From Chloroflexota bacterium (GTDB lineage Bacteria > Chloroflexota > Dehalococcoidia > JACPPT01), in NCBI GenBank assembly GCA_016190815.1, contig JACPPT010000006.1, forward strand, positions 2,723 to 66,722: a DNA stretch of 64,000 nt, given 5' to 3'. Below the pieces are notes generated by a model. That model did no database searches, had not been told where the DNA came from, and was given only the letters and a program-made list of their open reading frames with translations. This document shows positions 43,106 to 54,025 of this stretch, in pieces. The first letter of the stretch is position 1, and each line of letters starts with the position of its first letter. The translations under genes and the position numbers were made by a program.

Positions 43106-44727
43106 GCGAGGAAATACTGAACGCTTATGAGCAGGGCAAGCGCCTTGGCATTGTAGTCGAAGGCTCCCTCTCTCAAGGCGTTGAAGTAAAGCTGGACCCC
43201 GAGATCTCCGTGGAGGATATGGCGGTTGGAAGGTATGTAACAATAGACGGGAAGAATCGGCGGTTCTTCGGTATACTAACTGACGTTTCTCTCGGTGCCA
43301 TTGACAGGAGTCTTTCCATCACACCACCGGATGTCTCCGACCCATTTATAGCCAAGGTGGTCTCCGGCACAAGCGTCTATGGGAAGCTACACGTTCTCCC
43401 TATGCTTGCCGTTGCGGGCATTCTGGGCATAGATGAAAAACCTCAGCCCGCCAAGACGGTTCCACCTCACTTCTCCACAGTGCGCACCGCCTCAGACGAG
43501 GACATCGCATTGATCTTTGGGCGTGAGGATGAACACCACTTCTATGTGGGCAACCCTCTGGACATGGAGACCAAGGTGTGCCTGAATCTGGCAGAATTAG
43601 TAAAGCGCTCCAACGGCGTCTTCGGCAAGAGCGGCACAGGCAAGACCTTCCTCACCCGCATCCTTCTCGTAGGAATGCTCCAGAAGAACGCGGCAACCAA
43701 CCTCATCTTCGATATGCACAACGAATACGGATGGGAGGGCACAAAGGAAGGTGGAGGCAAGGTCAAGGGCCTGAAGCAGCATTTCTCCTCCCAGGTAGCT
43801 GTGTTCACCCTAGACGAAGAAAGCTCCCGGCGCAGAGGAGTCAGCACAGACTTTGTGGTGGAGATAGGCTACGACGAGATTGAGCCTGAAGATATAGAGA
43901 TTCTCAGGGACACCCTGAAGCTCACGGAGAGGGCAGCACAGGCGGCATACAGGTTTCGCAGGAGGCTGGGAGGTAGCTGGCTTGAGAAGTTTGTGAATGA
44001 AGAGTCCAGAGACGAAATAAACGCCTTAGCTAAAGAGTGGGACGAGCACGAGGCGACCATCGCTAACCTGCACCGCGGGCTGGAGGGTTTGATGAGGCTC
44101 CCCTTCTTCAAGCCCAAAGCCCGCGAGGACTCGGTGAGGAGAATACTGGAATACCTGGACAGGGGCCTGAACGTGGTCCTGGAGTTTGGGCGCTACGGGG
44201 ACAACATAGCCGCCTATGTGCTTGTGGCAAACCTCCTGAGCCGGCGCATCCATCAGAGGTACCGAGAACGTACCGAGCGCTCCCTGGGAGAAGGCGCTCA
44301 GAAGCCTCATCCCCTGGTCATCACCATTGAGGAGGCACACAAGTTCCTCAACCCCGCGGTGGCCAGTCAGACAATCTTCGGGACCATCGCCAGGGAGATG
44401 CGAAAATACAACGTAACCCTTCTAATAATAGACCAGCGCCCCAGCGGCATAGACGAGGAGGTAATGTCTCAGCTTGGTACCAAAATCACCTGCCTTCTGG
44501 AGAACGAGAAGGACATCGATGCTGTTCTCGCTGGGGTTTCGGGGCGGAGCGAGCTGCGCTCAGTCCTGGCAAAGCTTGAGCCGCAGCAGCAGGCCCTCAT
44601 ATTCGGCCATGCCGTCCCCATGCCCGTGGTTATAAGAACCAGAGAATACGGCTCGGCGGAGTCATATAGAGAGTTAGGCCGAGGGGAGAAGAGGGGCGTC
44701 ACAAAAGACAAAGACCTCTGGGAATAG
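43102..44727 (+). CDS. herA: HerA-family (FtsK/HerA superfamily, DUF87) hexameric ATPase/helicase
   Basis: N-terminal HAS-barrel-like region. Walker A GKSGTGKT, Walker B VITIEEAH and IIDQRP block. 541 aa. Confidence 0.8.
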   Translation: MSEEILNAYEQGKRLGIVVEGSLSQGVEVKLDPEISVEDMAVGRYVTIDGKNRRFFGILTDVSLGAIDRSLSITPPDVSDPFIAKVVSGTSVYGKLHVLPMLAVAGILGIDEKPQPAKTVPPHFSTVRTASDEDIALIFGREDEHHFYVGNPLDMETKVCLNLAELVKRSNGVFGKSGTGKTFLTRILLVGMLQKNAATNLIFDMHNEYGWEGTKEGGGKVKGLKQHFSSQVAVFTLDEESSRRRGVSTDFVVEIGYDEIEPEDIEILRDTLKLTERAAQAAYRFRRRLGGSWLEKFVNEESRDEINALAKEWDEHEATIANLHRGLEGLMRLPFFKPKAREDSVRRILEYLDRGLNVVLEFGRYGDNIAAYVLVANLLSRRIHQRYRERTERSLGEGAQKPHPLVITIEEAHKFLNPAVASQTIFGTIAREMRKYNVTLLIIDQRPSGIDEEVMSQLGTKITCLLENEKDIDAVLAGVSGRSELRSVLAKLEPQQQALIFGHAVPMPVVIRTREYGSAESYRELGRGEKRGVTKDKDLWE

Positions 44728-44786
44728 TAGAATAGGACTAAGGGTATTTTCGGTGACGGCTAAAATACATCCTCAAAGGAGGAGCG

Positions 44787-45851
44787 ATGAAACTCATCGA
44801 GTATATGGACAGGTATGAATATGAGCAGGTTGCCTTCTACACTGACAGGGGGGCGGGGCTGAAGTCCATAATAGCCATCCATGACACAACATTGGGCCCA
44901 GCACTGGGGGGTATTCGTATGTGGCCATATAACTCGGAGGAAGATGCCCTGATGGATGTGCTGCGGTTAGCCAGGGCTATGACTTACAAGTCCTCAGCGG
45001 CAGGTCTTCCCCTTGGAGGAGGCAAGGCTGTAATAATTGGAGACCCGCGCAAAGATAAAAGCGAAGCGCTGTTCCGCTCCTTCGGGCGATTTGTGGAATC
45101 CCTTGGAGGAAGGTACATAACCACTGAGGACGTAGGGAGCGCGCCCCAGGATATGGAATGGATTTCCTGGGAGACAACCCATGTGACGGGCCTCCCTGTG
45201 AACCAGGGGGGGAGCGGTGACCCGTCAATAGTCACAGCCTATGGAGTCTACCAGGGAATGAAGGCGTGCGCAAAAGAGGTGTTTGGCTCCGATTCCCTTG
45301 AGGGAAGAAGAATAGCTCTCCAGGGCTTTGGAAAGGTCTCTTCCTACCTGGCTCCCTACCTGAAAAAGGAGAAGGCCAGGATCATTGCCACCGACATAAA
45401 TGAGGCGGCGTTAGAAAGGGCTAAAAAGGAGATCGGTGCAACTGCGGTGGAGCCAGACCGAATCTATGATGTGGAGTGCGACATTTTCTCGCCCAATGCC
45501 CTCGGCGGCGTACTCAACGATAAGACCATTCCCAGAATAAAAGCGCCCATTGTAGCAGGCCCCGCCAATAACCAGCTACTGGAGGATAGGCACGGGGAAG
45601 AGCTACAGCGACGAGGCATTCTCTACGCTCCCGACTACATCATCAACGCAGGTGGCGTCATAAACATCTCCTTTGAGCTCACCATGTATGATCAGGACGC
45701 AGCAATGGAGAAGACAGGACGCATCTACAATACCCTTGAGCAGATATTCGCCATTTCCAAAGCCGAGGGTATCTCAACAGCCAAGGCAGCCGACAGGCTT
45801 GCCGAGGAGCGTATTCAGCACGCCAGACGAGTCAGGCACATATACTTATAG
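44787..45851 (+). CDS. Leucine (branched-chain amino acid) dehydrogenase
   Basis: Glu/Leu/Phe/Val dehydrogenase family. Conserved GG.K active-site region and GFGKV Rossmann, 354 aa, RBS aaaggagg. Confidence 0.85.
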   Translation: MKLIEYMDRYEYEQVAFYTDRGAGLKSIIAIHDTTLGPALGGIRMWPYNSEEDALMDVLRLARAMTYKSSAAGLPLGGGKAVIIGDPRKDKSEALFRSFGRFVESLGGRYITTEDVGSAPQDMEWISWETTHVTGLPVNQGGSGDPSIVTAYGVYQGMKACAKEVFGSDSLEGRRIALQGFGKVSSYLAPYLKKEKARIIATDINEAALERAKKEIGATAVEPDRIYDVECDIFSPNALGGVLNDKTIPRIKAPIVAGPANNQLLEDRHGEELQRRGILYAPDYIINAGGVINISFELTMYDQDAAMEKTGRIYNTLEQIFAISKAEGISTAKAADRLAEERIQHARRVRHIYL

Positions 45852-45858
45852 AGCTAAA

Positions 45859-46239
45859 GTGAAACCTTGTATTAAGAGCATCCTTGTTTGCATAGCCCTG
45901 CTTGGACTTCTGGGGCTTTCGGCATGCTCTGTCCCTAAAAAGGAAAACCAGCTAAAGTCGCCAACGCCGTCATATACACCTCTGCCCTCACCCCTGAGCG
46001 ACATTGTCTACGACGCCGACACCCCCGAACAGATGCTAGAAGAGGGGAAGCAGGTCTTTCAGAACTCGTGTGGAAGATGTCATAAACTACCTGTTGTCCG
46101 GCAGATAAAGGCGTTTCCCTCAGACGGCGCTATGGTGGTGGGAACCCTCCAGATGGCTGAGTTGGCAAAGGTCCCCCAGGAGGACTTGGAAAAGCTCATC
46201 CGGTACCTCCTGGCACTGCGCCACGACAGGAGCCCGTGA
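45859..46239 (+). CDS. Small c-type cytochrome lipoprotein (single CxxCH heme site)
   Basis: GTG start, signal peptide with lipobox LSAC, CGRCH heme-binding motif, about 126 aa. Confidence 0.5.
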   Translation: MKPCIKSILVCIALLGLLGLSACSVPKKENQLKSPTPSYTPLPSPLSDIVYDADTPEQMLEEGKQVFQNSCGRCHKLPVVRQIKAFPSDGAMVVGTLQMAELAKVPQEDLEKLIRYLLALRHDRSP

Positions 46240-46253
46240 CCGGGCACCGAATT

Positions 46254-47165
46254 CTACTCGTGCGTAGCGGCTTTCCCCTGACACCTGGGACATGTCACTG
46301 AGGCAAGGTTACAGGGCTCCACGTGAATATTGACGACACACTTAGGCAACCTTGACTTGATCTCGTCCTCCAGCTTTTCGGTCAAGTTATGAGATTCCCC
46401 AACGCTCATGGTCTTGCACAATAAGAGGTGCAAGTCTACCTGACGCTCCCTGCCGGATTTGCGGGTACGAAGCTCGTGAAACTCCACTATGTCATCCTTA
46501 TAGCGGGCAATCGCTCTTCTTATGATGTCCAACTCCTCCTCAGGTAGCCTGACATCCATCAGGTCGACAAAGGATTTCCCCACGAGTTTAAAAGCGGTTC
46601 TTGTAATCATAACAGCAACAGCCAGGGCTATTATGGGGTCTAATATATGAATGCCCGTAACCTGCACAACGATCAAGCCAACGAAGACCCCCAGAGAGGT
46701 GTAAACATCTGCGGTGAGATGTCTGGCGTCCGCCTCCAGAGCCAGAGAATCCTCTCTTCTGGCGACCTTAAGCAAGTGCCTAGATACAAGGATGTTGGCT
46801 ACAAAGGACACCCCCATAACGGCTATTCCCGGATAGGTAGAGATCAATACGGTGCCTTTCATAATCCTGTTCACAGCCTCATAAACTATGAAAGCAACAC
46901 CTACAAGTATGAGCAAGGCCTCCACAAAGCCACTTATGCCTTCCGCCTTGCCATGTCCAAAGGGGTGAGACTCGTCAGCCGGCCTAACCGCTATCCTCAG
47001 GCTAAAGAAGGCGATGAAGGATGCCAGAAGGTCTGTCCCACTATGGAGAGCCTCAGAGATAACGCTCACGCTTCCTATGGCGAGGCCCACTCCCAGCTTG
47101 AGGACGACCAGAACGGAGTTGGATATTATAGAGAGACCTGCGGCTCCTGTGCTGGTCTTAAACAT
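46254..47165 (-). CDS. Cation diffusion facilitator family metal efflux transporter
   Basis: 6-TM CDF fold with conserved HSGTD and HE/D pairs and a C-terminal cytoplasmic domain. Confidence 0.85.
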   Translation of the reverse strand: MFKTSTGAAGLSIISNSVLVVLKLGVGLAIGSVSVISEALHSGTDLLASFIAFFSLRIAVRPADESHPFGHGKAEGISGFVEALLILVGVAFIVYEAVNRIMKGTVLISTYPGIAVMGVSFVANILVSRHLLKVARREDSLALEADARHLTADVYTSLGVFVGLIVVQVTGIHILDPIIALAVAVMITRTAFKLVGKSFVDLMDVRLPEEELDIIRRAIARYKDDIVEFHELRTRKSGRERQVDLHLLLCKTMSVGESHNLTEKLEDEIKSRLPKCVVNIHVEPCNLASVTCPRCQGKAATHE

Positions 47166-47233
47166 TCTTCCCCTGGAATAAAGGTCTTCAGGCGCTTATC
47201 AAAGATATGCCAGGAATAAAAGTGACCACAGAG

Positions 47234-48241
47234 CTAAGCGCCAGTTCCACCCCTACTTGGTGCAAAGCGCAAACGCACTTGCTTGAAAAAGCTCCCTATT
47301 TCATTTCTTTCCCAGACCACAAGAAGCTGGCTCGCTATGGCTATGGAGCTATATGTTCCGGTTATTATCCCTATAGTCATAGCCAGAACAAAGTTGCGGA
47401 TGCTGGCGCCGCCAAACAGTAGAAGCGCAAGGAGGGTGAAAAGCACTGTCAGGCTGGTGTTGAGGGAGCGTCCCAAAGTCTGAAGGATACTGGCGTTTAT
47501 TGTGGCCGCCAGGCTCTGGCCAGCAGCGCCTTTCAAAATGTTCTCCCTGATGCGATCAAACACCACGATTGTATCGTGGACGCTAAAGCCAATTATGGTG
47601 AGGGCGGCTGTAACAAACATCACGTTCACCTCCAGATTCATAACCCTTCCGAGAAGGGAGAAGAGACCCAAGACAACAAGAACATCGTGAACAAGAGTTA
47701 TAACAGCGCAGACACCCCACCTGAAGGGCTTGGGCATTTTCCTGAACGCCCAGGTTATGTAAAGAAGAATGCCCACAGACGCCGCTATGACCGCGAAAAT
47801 AGAGTTCCGCACCGTCTCGGCCGCAACTGCGGGGTGAACAAAGTCGGCGTTGAAGCTTCCCAAGGCCCCAAAGCGCTCCTCAAGGGCAGACTTTATCTCG
47901 AAGTCCTCAGAGGGCCTTATTACTTTGCCCTCGCTGTCTTTCTCCTCCTCCTTTAAAGCCCTTGTCGTCACAAAAAAGGATTTCTCGCCATAGCCCCGAA
48001 TGACGGCATCTCCATGTCCCAAAGAGGTAAACACCTCCTCTAGGGCGACTTTGTCCACCTTTCCAGAGAATTCAATGGTTATGGCGGAGCCTCCTGTAAA
48101 ATCCAGCCCCCATCTAAGGCCAGGTGGGAACATAGGCGAGGCTACGCTCGGGATGGGGATAAGAAGAGAGAGCACGCCTGGAATAATTATCAGCGCTGAC
48201 ACTAGGAAGTACCAGTATTTCTTACCTACAAAATTTATCAT
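47234..48241 (-). CDS. secF: Protein translocase subunit SecF
   Basis: Full-length homology, downstream of secD. Confidence 0.9.
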   Translation of the reverse strand: MINFVGKKYWYFLVSALIIIPGVLSLLIPIPSVASPMFPPGLRWGLDFTGGSAITIEFSGKVDKVALEEVFTSLGHGDAVIRGYGEKSFFVTTRALKEEEKDSEGKVIRPSEDFEIKSALEERFGALGSFNADFVHPAVAAETVRNSIFAVIAASVGILLYITWAFRKMPKPFRWGVCAVITLVHDVLVVLGLFSLLGRVMNLEVNVMFVTAALTIIGFSVHDTIVVFDRIRENILKGAAGQSLAATINASILQTLGRSLNTSLTVLFTLLALLLFGGASIRNFVLAMTIGIITGTYSSIAIASQLLVVWERNEIGSFFKQVRLRFAPSRGGTGA

Positions 48242-48253
48242 GCGTTGATTCTC

Positions 48254-49591
48254 CTAAAGTACAGTGAACAGGTTTAGCTTCTTTGCCAGAGGCGTTCCCC
48301 CTATGGCCCGCAACATAGACCTGCTTACAAAGAGAGCGGTGAACATACTCAGAGCTACGCCGATGAAGAGGGTGATGGCAAATCCCATTATGGAGCTTTC
48401 AGCAAGCCTATCGCCAAACCAGTAAAGTATGATGCAGGTTATGAAAGTTGATACGTTGCTGTCCCTAATGGAAGGCCATGCTCTGTCGAACCCTGCTTCA
48501 ATAGCTGCTCCGAGCGTCCTTCCGGTCCGCAGCTCCTCCTTTGTCCGCTCGAAGATGAGAATGTTGGCATCCACCGCCATACCGACAGAAAGGATGAACG
48601 CAGCCAGTCCAGCCAGCGTCAAAGTAACAGGAATCAATTTGAATATGGCAAGCACCAGCACCGCATACATAATCAGGGCGAGATTTGCGATGACGCCGGG
48701 CAGCTTGTAGTAGACTATCATGAAGAAAAGAACAAGACCCAGGCCGATTATCCCCGCTATGTAGCTCTTCCGCAGATGCTCTGAACCCAGGGTCGGGTCT
48801 ATACGGTCTTCCTCGAATTTCTCCAAGGGTACAGGCAGGGCACCGGCGTTAAGCTGTATAGAAACAAGTTGTGCCTCATTAAGAGTCAGACCTTCGATTA
48901 CTCCGCTCCCCTCAATCTCACCCTTCACCTGAGGGGCCAGCACAAGTTTATTGTCCAAAAAGATAGCAAGCCTGTTTAAAGGATATTGTCTTGTTACCAG
49001 CCGGCCTGTGATTTGCTTGAAGATCTTGCCGCCTTCTTCGTTCAGGGTGAAATCCACCACTGGCTCACTTGTAGTCTGACTGACCACTGTGGTTGCAGAC
49101 TTCAGATACCCCCCGGTGAGATGAACCTCTTTCCCACTGGTGTCGACCCCCACAGCCGGCGTCCACATATCATTTCCTTGCTCATCCTTCTTCTGGTTGC
49201 CGTTCTCATCCAAGAGGGGCTCCCTGTAGTCTAGCTGTGCTGTCTCTCCGATAAGCCGCCTTGCTGTAGCTATGTCCGTGATTCCAGGAAGCTCCACAAG
49301 GATCTGGTTTGCCCCCTTCTGCTGGATAACTGGCTCCGTTACGCCAAAGGCATTTACCCTTCGCTCTATAACGTTCACAACCCCCTTCATCTGCTCGGCG
49401 GTTACATTGGGGTCTTTAGCTCTGTATACCATGTGAACGCCACCTTTGAGGTCAAGCCCCATGGTCAACCCATTGCGTTCAAAGGTGAAGCTGCCCAGGC
49501 TGAAGCTTATGTCCTGGGTTAGAACAAACCACGCCGAAATAGCAACCAGTATAACAATGCCTGTGAGAATTTGGATGTTTCTTCTTCGCAT
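48254..49591 (-). CDS. secD: Protein translocase subunit SecD
   Basis: Full-length homology, 445 aa. Confidence 0.9.
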   Translation of the reverse strand: MRRRNIQILTGIVILVAISAWFVLTQDISFSLGSFTFERNGLTMGLDLKGGVHMVYRAKDPNVTAEQMKGVVNVIERRVNAFGVTEPVIQQKGANQILVELPGITDIATARRLIGETAQLDYREPLLDENGNQKKDEQGNDMWTPAVGVDTSGKEVHLTGGYLKSATTVVSQTTSEPVVDFTLNEEGGKIFKQITGRLVTRQYPLNRLAIFLDNKLVLAPQVKGEIEGSGVIEGLTLNEAQLVSIQLNAGALPVPLEKFEEDRIDPTLGSEHLRKSYIAGIIGLGLVLFFMIVYYKLPGVIANLALIMYAVLVLAIFKLIPVTLTLAGLAAFILSVGMAVDANILIFERTKEELRTGRTLGAAIEAGFDRAWPSIRDSNVSTFITCIILYWFGDRLAESSIMGFAITLFIGVALSMFTALFVSRSMLRAIGGTPLAKKLNLFTVL

Positions 49592-49610
49592 CTTATCCTT
49601 CCCAAAAAAT

Positions 49611-51140
49611 TCAGGATTCTGTACCTGCCTTTAGACTTCTTTCCACCAAAGCCAGCGCTTCTTCCCTGGTCCCGACTTCTCCAGATGCCTGCGCCTCCCT
49701 GACAACTTCCAGAAGCCGGCCTACGGCTTTCCCTGGCTTCATTCCAAAGATATTTATCAGGTCATGGCCATCAATAAGTTTAGACGTTGGCCTCAATTTC
49801 ATCAACCCCTGCTCTTTCAGATGAATGGAAAGGGTGTAAGAAAGCCTCTCTGTATGCTCGCGCCAATCCCCTATCTCTAAGGAAGGGCCCCTTGCTGCAA
49901 GGTAGTCAGCCAGATTCAAATAGAGGAGGTCTATGCCCACACCTTCGGTATCCCTAAAATAGCGATAGATGGCCCTCTGAGTGGGCATCTCACCGGGACT
50001 GCAAAGCTGCCCAGGTCTGAGATGATGAAGGATCATTGCCTGTACCATTCTGACTTCGTGCCTGCTGAACCTCAGACGTTCCATTATGTTTACAGCCATC
50101 TTAGCCCCGAGCTGGGAATGGCCTAAAAATCTGATTCTGCCATCCTCATCGGCACCCTTTGTCTGGGGCTTGGCTATATCATGGAGCAGCCCCGCCAGCA
50201 AAAGCAAGGTCTTCCTGGAGCGACCAGCGCTCACCTCTTCCGCAAGATGCGTCTGGACGGCCGGCAACCAGGGAACGCAGCTCAGGACATTGTCTGTTGT
50301 ACTGGTCTTCCCCAAAATCTTCACAAGATTTGCAACAGTTTCGATAGAGTGATTGAAGACGTCCCAGAAGTGCTCCTTGGGTTGCTCGACTCCTTTTGTT
50401 CCCTCAAGCTCAGGGATTATAGCTGTAAGAAGCCCCAGCGAGTCCAGCGAACGTAGACCCTGGTCCGGTGTGGACGCAGACAGAATGCGCCAAAGCTCAT
50501 CTCTCACACGCTCGCCTGCAACGTCAGATACGAGATGCGCATCTCTCTTTATAATGTCAAAGGTCTCCTCCTCTATGGAAAAGCCCAGTTCACAGGCCAG
50601 GCGAACAGCCCGCATCAATCTGGCAGGGTCTTTGCGGAAGGCGCTTTCACCCAATGCCCTGACCAACTTTTCCCGCACGTCTCTTTGCCCATCGTATGGG
50701 TCTATGACCGTCGGGCTGAAAGCCCGGTCTTTTACATCATCAATGCGAATTGCCATGGCGTCAATGGCGAAGTCCCGTCGGGCAAGGTCGGACTTTAAAT
50801 CATCGAATATCGTGGTAATATCCAGGTGCTTGCCTTCTGGCAGGGCCACCCTCGCAACCCCATTGGTCTCGTCCATCACAAAAAAGCCTGTACCCAGTTC
50901 ATCGGCAAGCTCCCGCCCCGTTTTAATGGCATCAGCCTCTAACGCAATATCCAGGTCCCTCGTGGGTCGCCCGAGGAGTATGTCCCGTACACAACCCCCC
51001 ACAAGATAACCCGTGATGTCGCAGCGTCTAAGGAAGCCTGCGACTCTTTCGAGGGCAAGAACCATGTCTTCCTGAAGTTTTGGCAAATCTCTTCTTACAG
51101 TCTTTGCTCTCGCAGTACCTTGATTCAACCCCGAGGTCAT
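49611..51140 (-). CDS. cca: tRNA nucleotidyltransferase (CCA-adding enzyme) with HD domain; start uncertain
   Basis: GGCVRD and DLD nucleotidyltransferase motifs plus a C-terminal HD domain. Confidence 0.8.
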   Translation of the reverse strand: MTSGLNQGTARAKTVRRDLPKLQEDMVLALERVAGFLRRCDITGYLVGGCVRDILLGRPTRDLDIALEADAIKTGRELADELGTGFFVMDETNGVARVALPEGKHLDITTIFDDLKSDLARRDFAIDAMAIRIDDVKDRAFSPTVIDPYDGQRDVREKLVRALGESAFRKDPARLMRAVRLACELGFSIEEETFDIIKRDAHLVSDVAGERVRDELWRILSASTPDQGLRSLDSLGLLTAIIPELEGTKGVEQPKEHFWDVFNHSIETVANLVKILGKTSTTDNVLSCVPWLPAVQTHLAEEVSAGRSRKTLLLLAGLLHDIAKPQTKGADEDGRIRFLGHSQLGAKMAVNIMERLRFSRHEVRMVQAMILHHLRPGQLCSPGEMPTQRAIYRYFRDTEGVGIDLLYLNLADYLAARGPSLEIGDWREHTERLSYTLSIHLKEQGLMKLRPTSKLIDGHDLINIFGMKPGKAVGRLLEVVREAQASGEVGTREEALALVERSLKAGTES

Positions 51141-51637
51141 ATCTCCACAGCCTCGGGCTTTTCTTCTTCAGGCTCCACCTTCACCAGCTTGTCCAGGCTT
51201 TCCAACCGGTCGGTGTAAAGGATACCATCGAGATGGTCGATTTCGTGTTCAATAGCCTGTGCCAGAAGCTCATCAGCCTTGATGCGCACCTCTTTCCCAT
51301 CCAGGTCCAGCGCCCTTGCGAGCACACGCTCTGAACGCTTAACCTCACCCCTGTAGCCTGGTATGCTCAAGCAGCCTTCGGGAATGATACGTTCTCCACT
51401 CCTTTTGACTATTTTAGGGTTAACCAGAACCAATGGATCTTGCTCTGGAATCTGGATAACTATGAGACGCAAGAGAACCCCAACCTGGTTAGCCGCCAAC
51501 CCAACTCCTAGGGCGCTATGCATCGTTTCCAGCATGTCCGCTGCCAGCTTTCGGATGGAGTCGTCTATCCTTCGTATCCTCTTGGCCTTCTCCCTCAGAA
51601 CACGGTCTGGCACGACTCGAATGGGCAAAACAGCCAC
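51137..51637 (-). CDS. def: Peptide deformylase
   Basis: Motifs GVGLAANQ, EGCLS and QHEIDHLDG. Confidence 0.9.
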   Translation of the reverse strand: MAVLPIRVVPDRVLREKAKRIRRIDDSIRKLAADMLETMHSALGVGLAANQVGVLLRLIVIQIPEQDPLVLVNPKIVKRSGERIIPEGCLSIPGYRGEVKRSERVLARALDLDGKEVRIKADELLAQAIEHEIDHLDGILYTDRLESLDKLVKVEPEEEKPEAVEI

Positions 51638-51721
51638 GGGGTTTCCTCACGTTAATAACCAAACTTCGGCCGTCAATCGGCCGATATGTTATTATAATTC
51701 AAACTAAACGAGGCGTAAAGC

Positions 51722-53947
51722 TCATAGCAAGCTCACAGGGTCCATATCCAAAGTCCACCCCCGTGGAAGGCGTAAGTCCTCAAGGATGGGACTGGGATCC
51801 GGTGAGCGCAGGATGATGTGCCAGCGAAAGCGACCCCTCACCTTCTGCATATATGCAGGGCTGGGGCCTAGAATGCCCACGTCGGTAATCCCTTTGGAAG
51901 AGACCCTTTCCTCAAGGGCTCCACGCAGCTTCAGTCCCTCCCTCTGGCACGCAACAACATTGGGGTGCGTGTAGAGCAGACGAGCAAGCCGATTGAATGG
52001 CGGATAGCCATGCTCTCTACGAAACAGGCTTTCCCTCTCGTAAAAGAAGGCGTAATCGTGTCTGGCCGCAGCGAGAACAGCGTAGTGCTGAGGCGAATAC
52101 GTCTGAATAACGACTTTTCCACCCTTCTCCCCCCTGCCTGCCCTGCCAGCTACCTGGCTGAGAACTTGGAATACCCTCTCACCCACACGGAAATCTGGCA
52201 AATGTAGCCCGATGTCAGCGTTGACTATCCCTACAAGGGTTACCAGAGGCATATGCAAGCCCTTGGCTATCATCTGAGTTCCGATGAGGATGTCAGCCTC
52301 GTGGGAAAGAAATTTGCCCATTATTGTATCGTGGGAGCGCCAGTCCATTGTTGTGTCTCTATCCCAGCGCAGAAGTCGAGCTTCAGGGAAAAAGGCTCGC
52401 ACCTCCTCCTCAATCCTCTGCGTACCACTCCCCATATACCGAATTCGTCTTCCGCCACAGGAAGGACATAGCTCAGGCAGAGGTGCTTTGCCATTGCAAT
52501 AATGGCAGACAAGCCCTCCCATCGTTGAGTGATAGGTATAGGATACGTCACACCTTTTACATCTCAAGACAAAACCGCAATCGCGGCACTGAACAAATGT
52601 CGCGGTTCCCCGACGATTAAGGAAAAGGATGGCTTGCTCCTTTTGAGCCAAGGTGGAAGCCAGGGCAGACCTCAAAGCTCGGCTGAAAATGTTCCGGTTC
52701 CCCTCTCTGAGCTCCCTGCGCATATCCACCACTTCCACCCGGGGAAGCCGCGTGTCCTCTGGTACCCTTTCAGGAAGCTCAAGAAGCCTGTACACCCCAC
52801 TTCTGGCGAGATGATAGCTCCCCAGATCCGGGGTTGCACTTCCGAGGATTACCACTGCACCTGTGAGTTCCGAAAGACGTACAGCCACATCCCGTGCGTG
52901 ATAACAGGGAGGCACATCCTGTTGTTTATATGTCCATTCATGCTCTTCATCAATGACAATGAGTTTTAAATCAGGCTGGGGAGCAAAAATTGCGCTTCTT
53001 GACCCTATCACAACATCAAAGGCACCCTCTTTTATGCGCCACCACTCATCGAACCGCTCTCCTGGAGTCAGCCCACTATGTAGAACGGCAATTCTCCCGG
53101 GGAAGCGGGAACCAAAGCGCTCGATGGTCTGAGGAGTGAGGGCCAGCTCAGGCACCAGCACAATCCCCTTCTTTCCCAGCTTGATGATACTGGCAAGGGC
53201 ACGAAGGTATATCTCCGTCTTTCCACTTCCCGTTACCCCGTGGAGAAGGAATACGGCGGCTTCGTTCTGGCCTTTTCTTGAGTTTACCAAGGTTTTCTCA
53301 ATCTCAGACCAGACCTTTTCCTGTGCGGGAGTCAGGTTGTGTGGAGATGTGGGCTTGAAGCTTCTGCCCCTAAGGGGGTCTCGCACCACCTGAACCGACT
53401 CGACACCCACAAGCCCCTTCTTCTCCAGGGCAGCAACCGTTGCTCTGGTGCAACCCGTTCTGCGCACCAACTCCGCCAGGGCAAGACCAGAAGTCTCCTC
53501 CGAGAGAAGCTCGAAGACATCGCCCTGTTTCGTGGCCCTTTTCTCACGCAGGTGCTGCGCCTCAGCCTGAGCCTGCTCCTTAGGGACAAGCAAACGGACA
53601 AGCGAGGTGTACTTGGGCCCCAGCCTGCGCCCCCCCCTGAACTCGGGAGGCAGCATGGGGGCCACAGATTCGAAAAGGGATGACATATAGCGGGCGCTTA
53701 TCCAGCGGGCCAGTTGCAGTTGAACGGAGGATAGAAGTGGTTGGGATTCTATCGGGGATATAACCTTTTTGGTTTCCTCTACCGATGGGGAAGGCGTTAG
53801 CTCAAATACGACGCCCTGAAGAACCTTATCGCCGAAGGGCACCGAGACGCCCTGCCCAGGGCGAAGCTCCATCCCCTCCGGGATTTCATAGCTGAAGGTG
53901 CTCCTGGTAGGCCATGGGGAATCGACGGCAACTTCAGCGTATTTCAT
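51722..53947 (-). CDS. priA: Primosomal protein N' (replication restart helicase PriA)
   Basis: DEAH-type helicase with GSGKT and DEEH motifs and Cys-rich zinc-binding insertions, 741 aa. Confidence 0.9.
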   Translation of the reverse strand: MKYAEVAVDSPWPTRSTFSYEIPEGMELRPGQGVSVPFGDKVLQGVVFELTPSPSVEETKKVISPIESQPLLSSVQLQLARWISARYMSSLFESVAPMLPPEFRGGRRLGPKYTSLVRLLVPKEQAQAEAQHLREKRATKQGDVFELLSEETSGLALAELVRRTGCTRATVAALEKKGLVGVESVQVVRDPLRGRSFKPTSPHNLTPAQEKVWSEIEKTLVNSRKGQNEAAVFLLHGVTGSGKTEIYLRALASIIKLGKKGIVLVPELALTPQTIERFGSRFPGRIAVLHSGLTPGERFDEWWRIKEGAFDVVIGSRSAIFAPQPDLKLIVIDEEHEWTYKQQDVPPCYHARDVAVRLSELTGAVVILGSATPDLGSYHLARSGVYRLLELPERVPEDTRLPRVEVVDMRRELREGNRNIFSRALRSALASTLAQKEQAILFLNRRGTATFVQCRDCGFVLRCKRCDVSYTYHSTMGGLVCHYCNGKAPLPELCPSCGGRRIRYMGSGTQRIEEEVRAFFPEARLLRWDRDTTMDWRSHDTIMGKFLSHEADILIGTQMIAKGLHMPLVTLVGIVNADIGLHLPDFRVGERVFQVLSQVAGRAGRGEKGGKVVIQTYSPQHYAVLAAARHDYAFFYERESLFRREHGYPPFNRLARLLYTHPNVVACQREGLKLRGALEERVSSKGITDVGILGPSPAYMQKVRGRFRWHIILRSPDPSPILEDLRLPRGWTLDMDPVSLL

Positions 53948-54025
53948 AGTTTCAGGCTTTCACTGTGGAAAGGAGAAAGCGGTTACAGTTAAAAGAAGTG
54001 CAGCGGCATCGCCTTATGTTTCTGG

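Noticed and set aside
45673-45858. Upstream part of ORF 45673..46239 overlapping leucine dehydrogenase
   Set aside because: It overlaps the 3' end of the dehydrogenase in another frame. The plausible gene is the signal-peptide-bearing portion from GTG 45859.
51650-51683. cggccg-tcaat-cggccg hairpin after priA as a terminator or def promoter
   Set aside because: The 6-bp stem is short and the U-tract is weak (aagtttggttatt). The adjacent TTGAAT/TATAAT hexamers have no spacer. Too weak to call.
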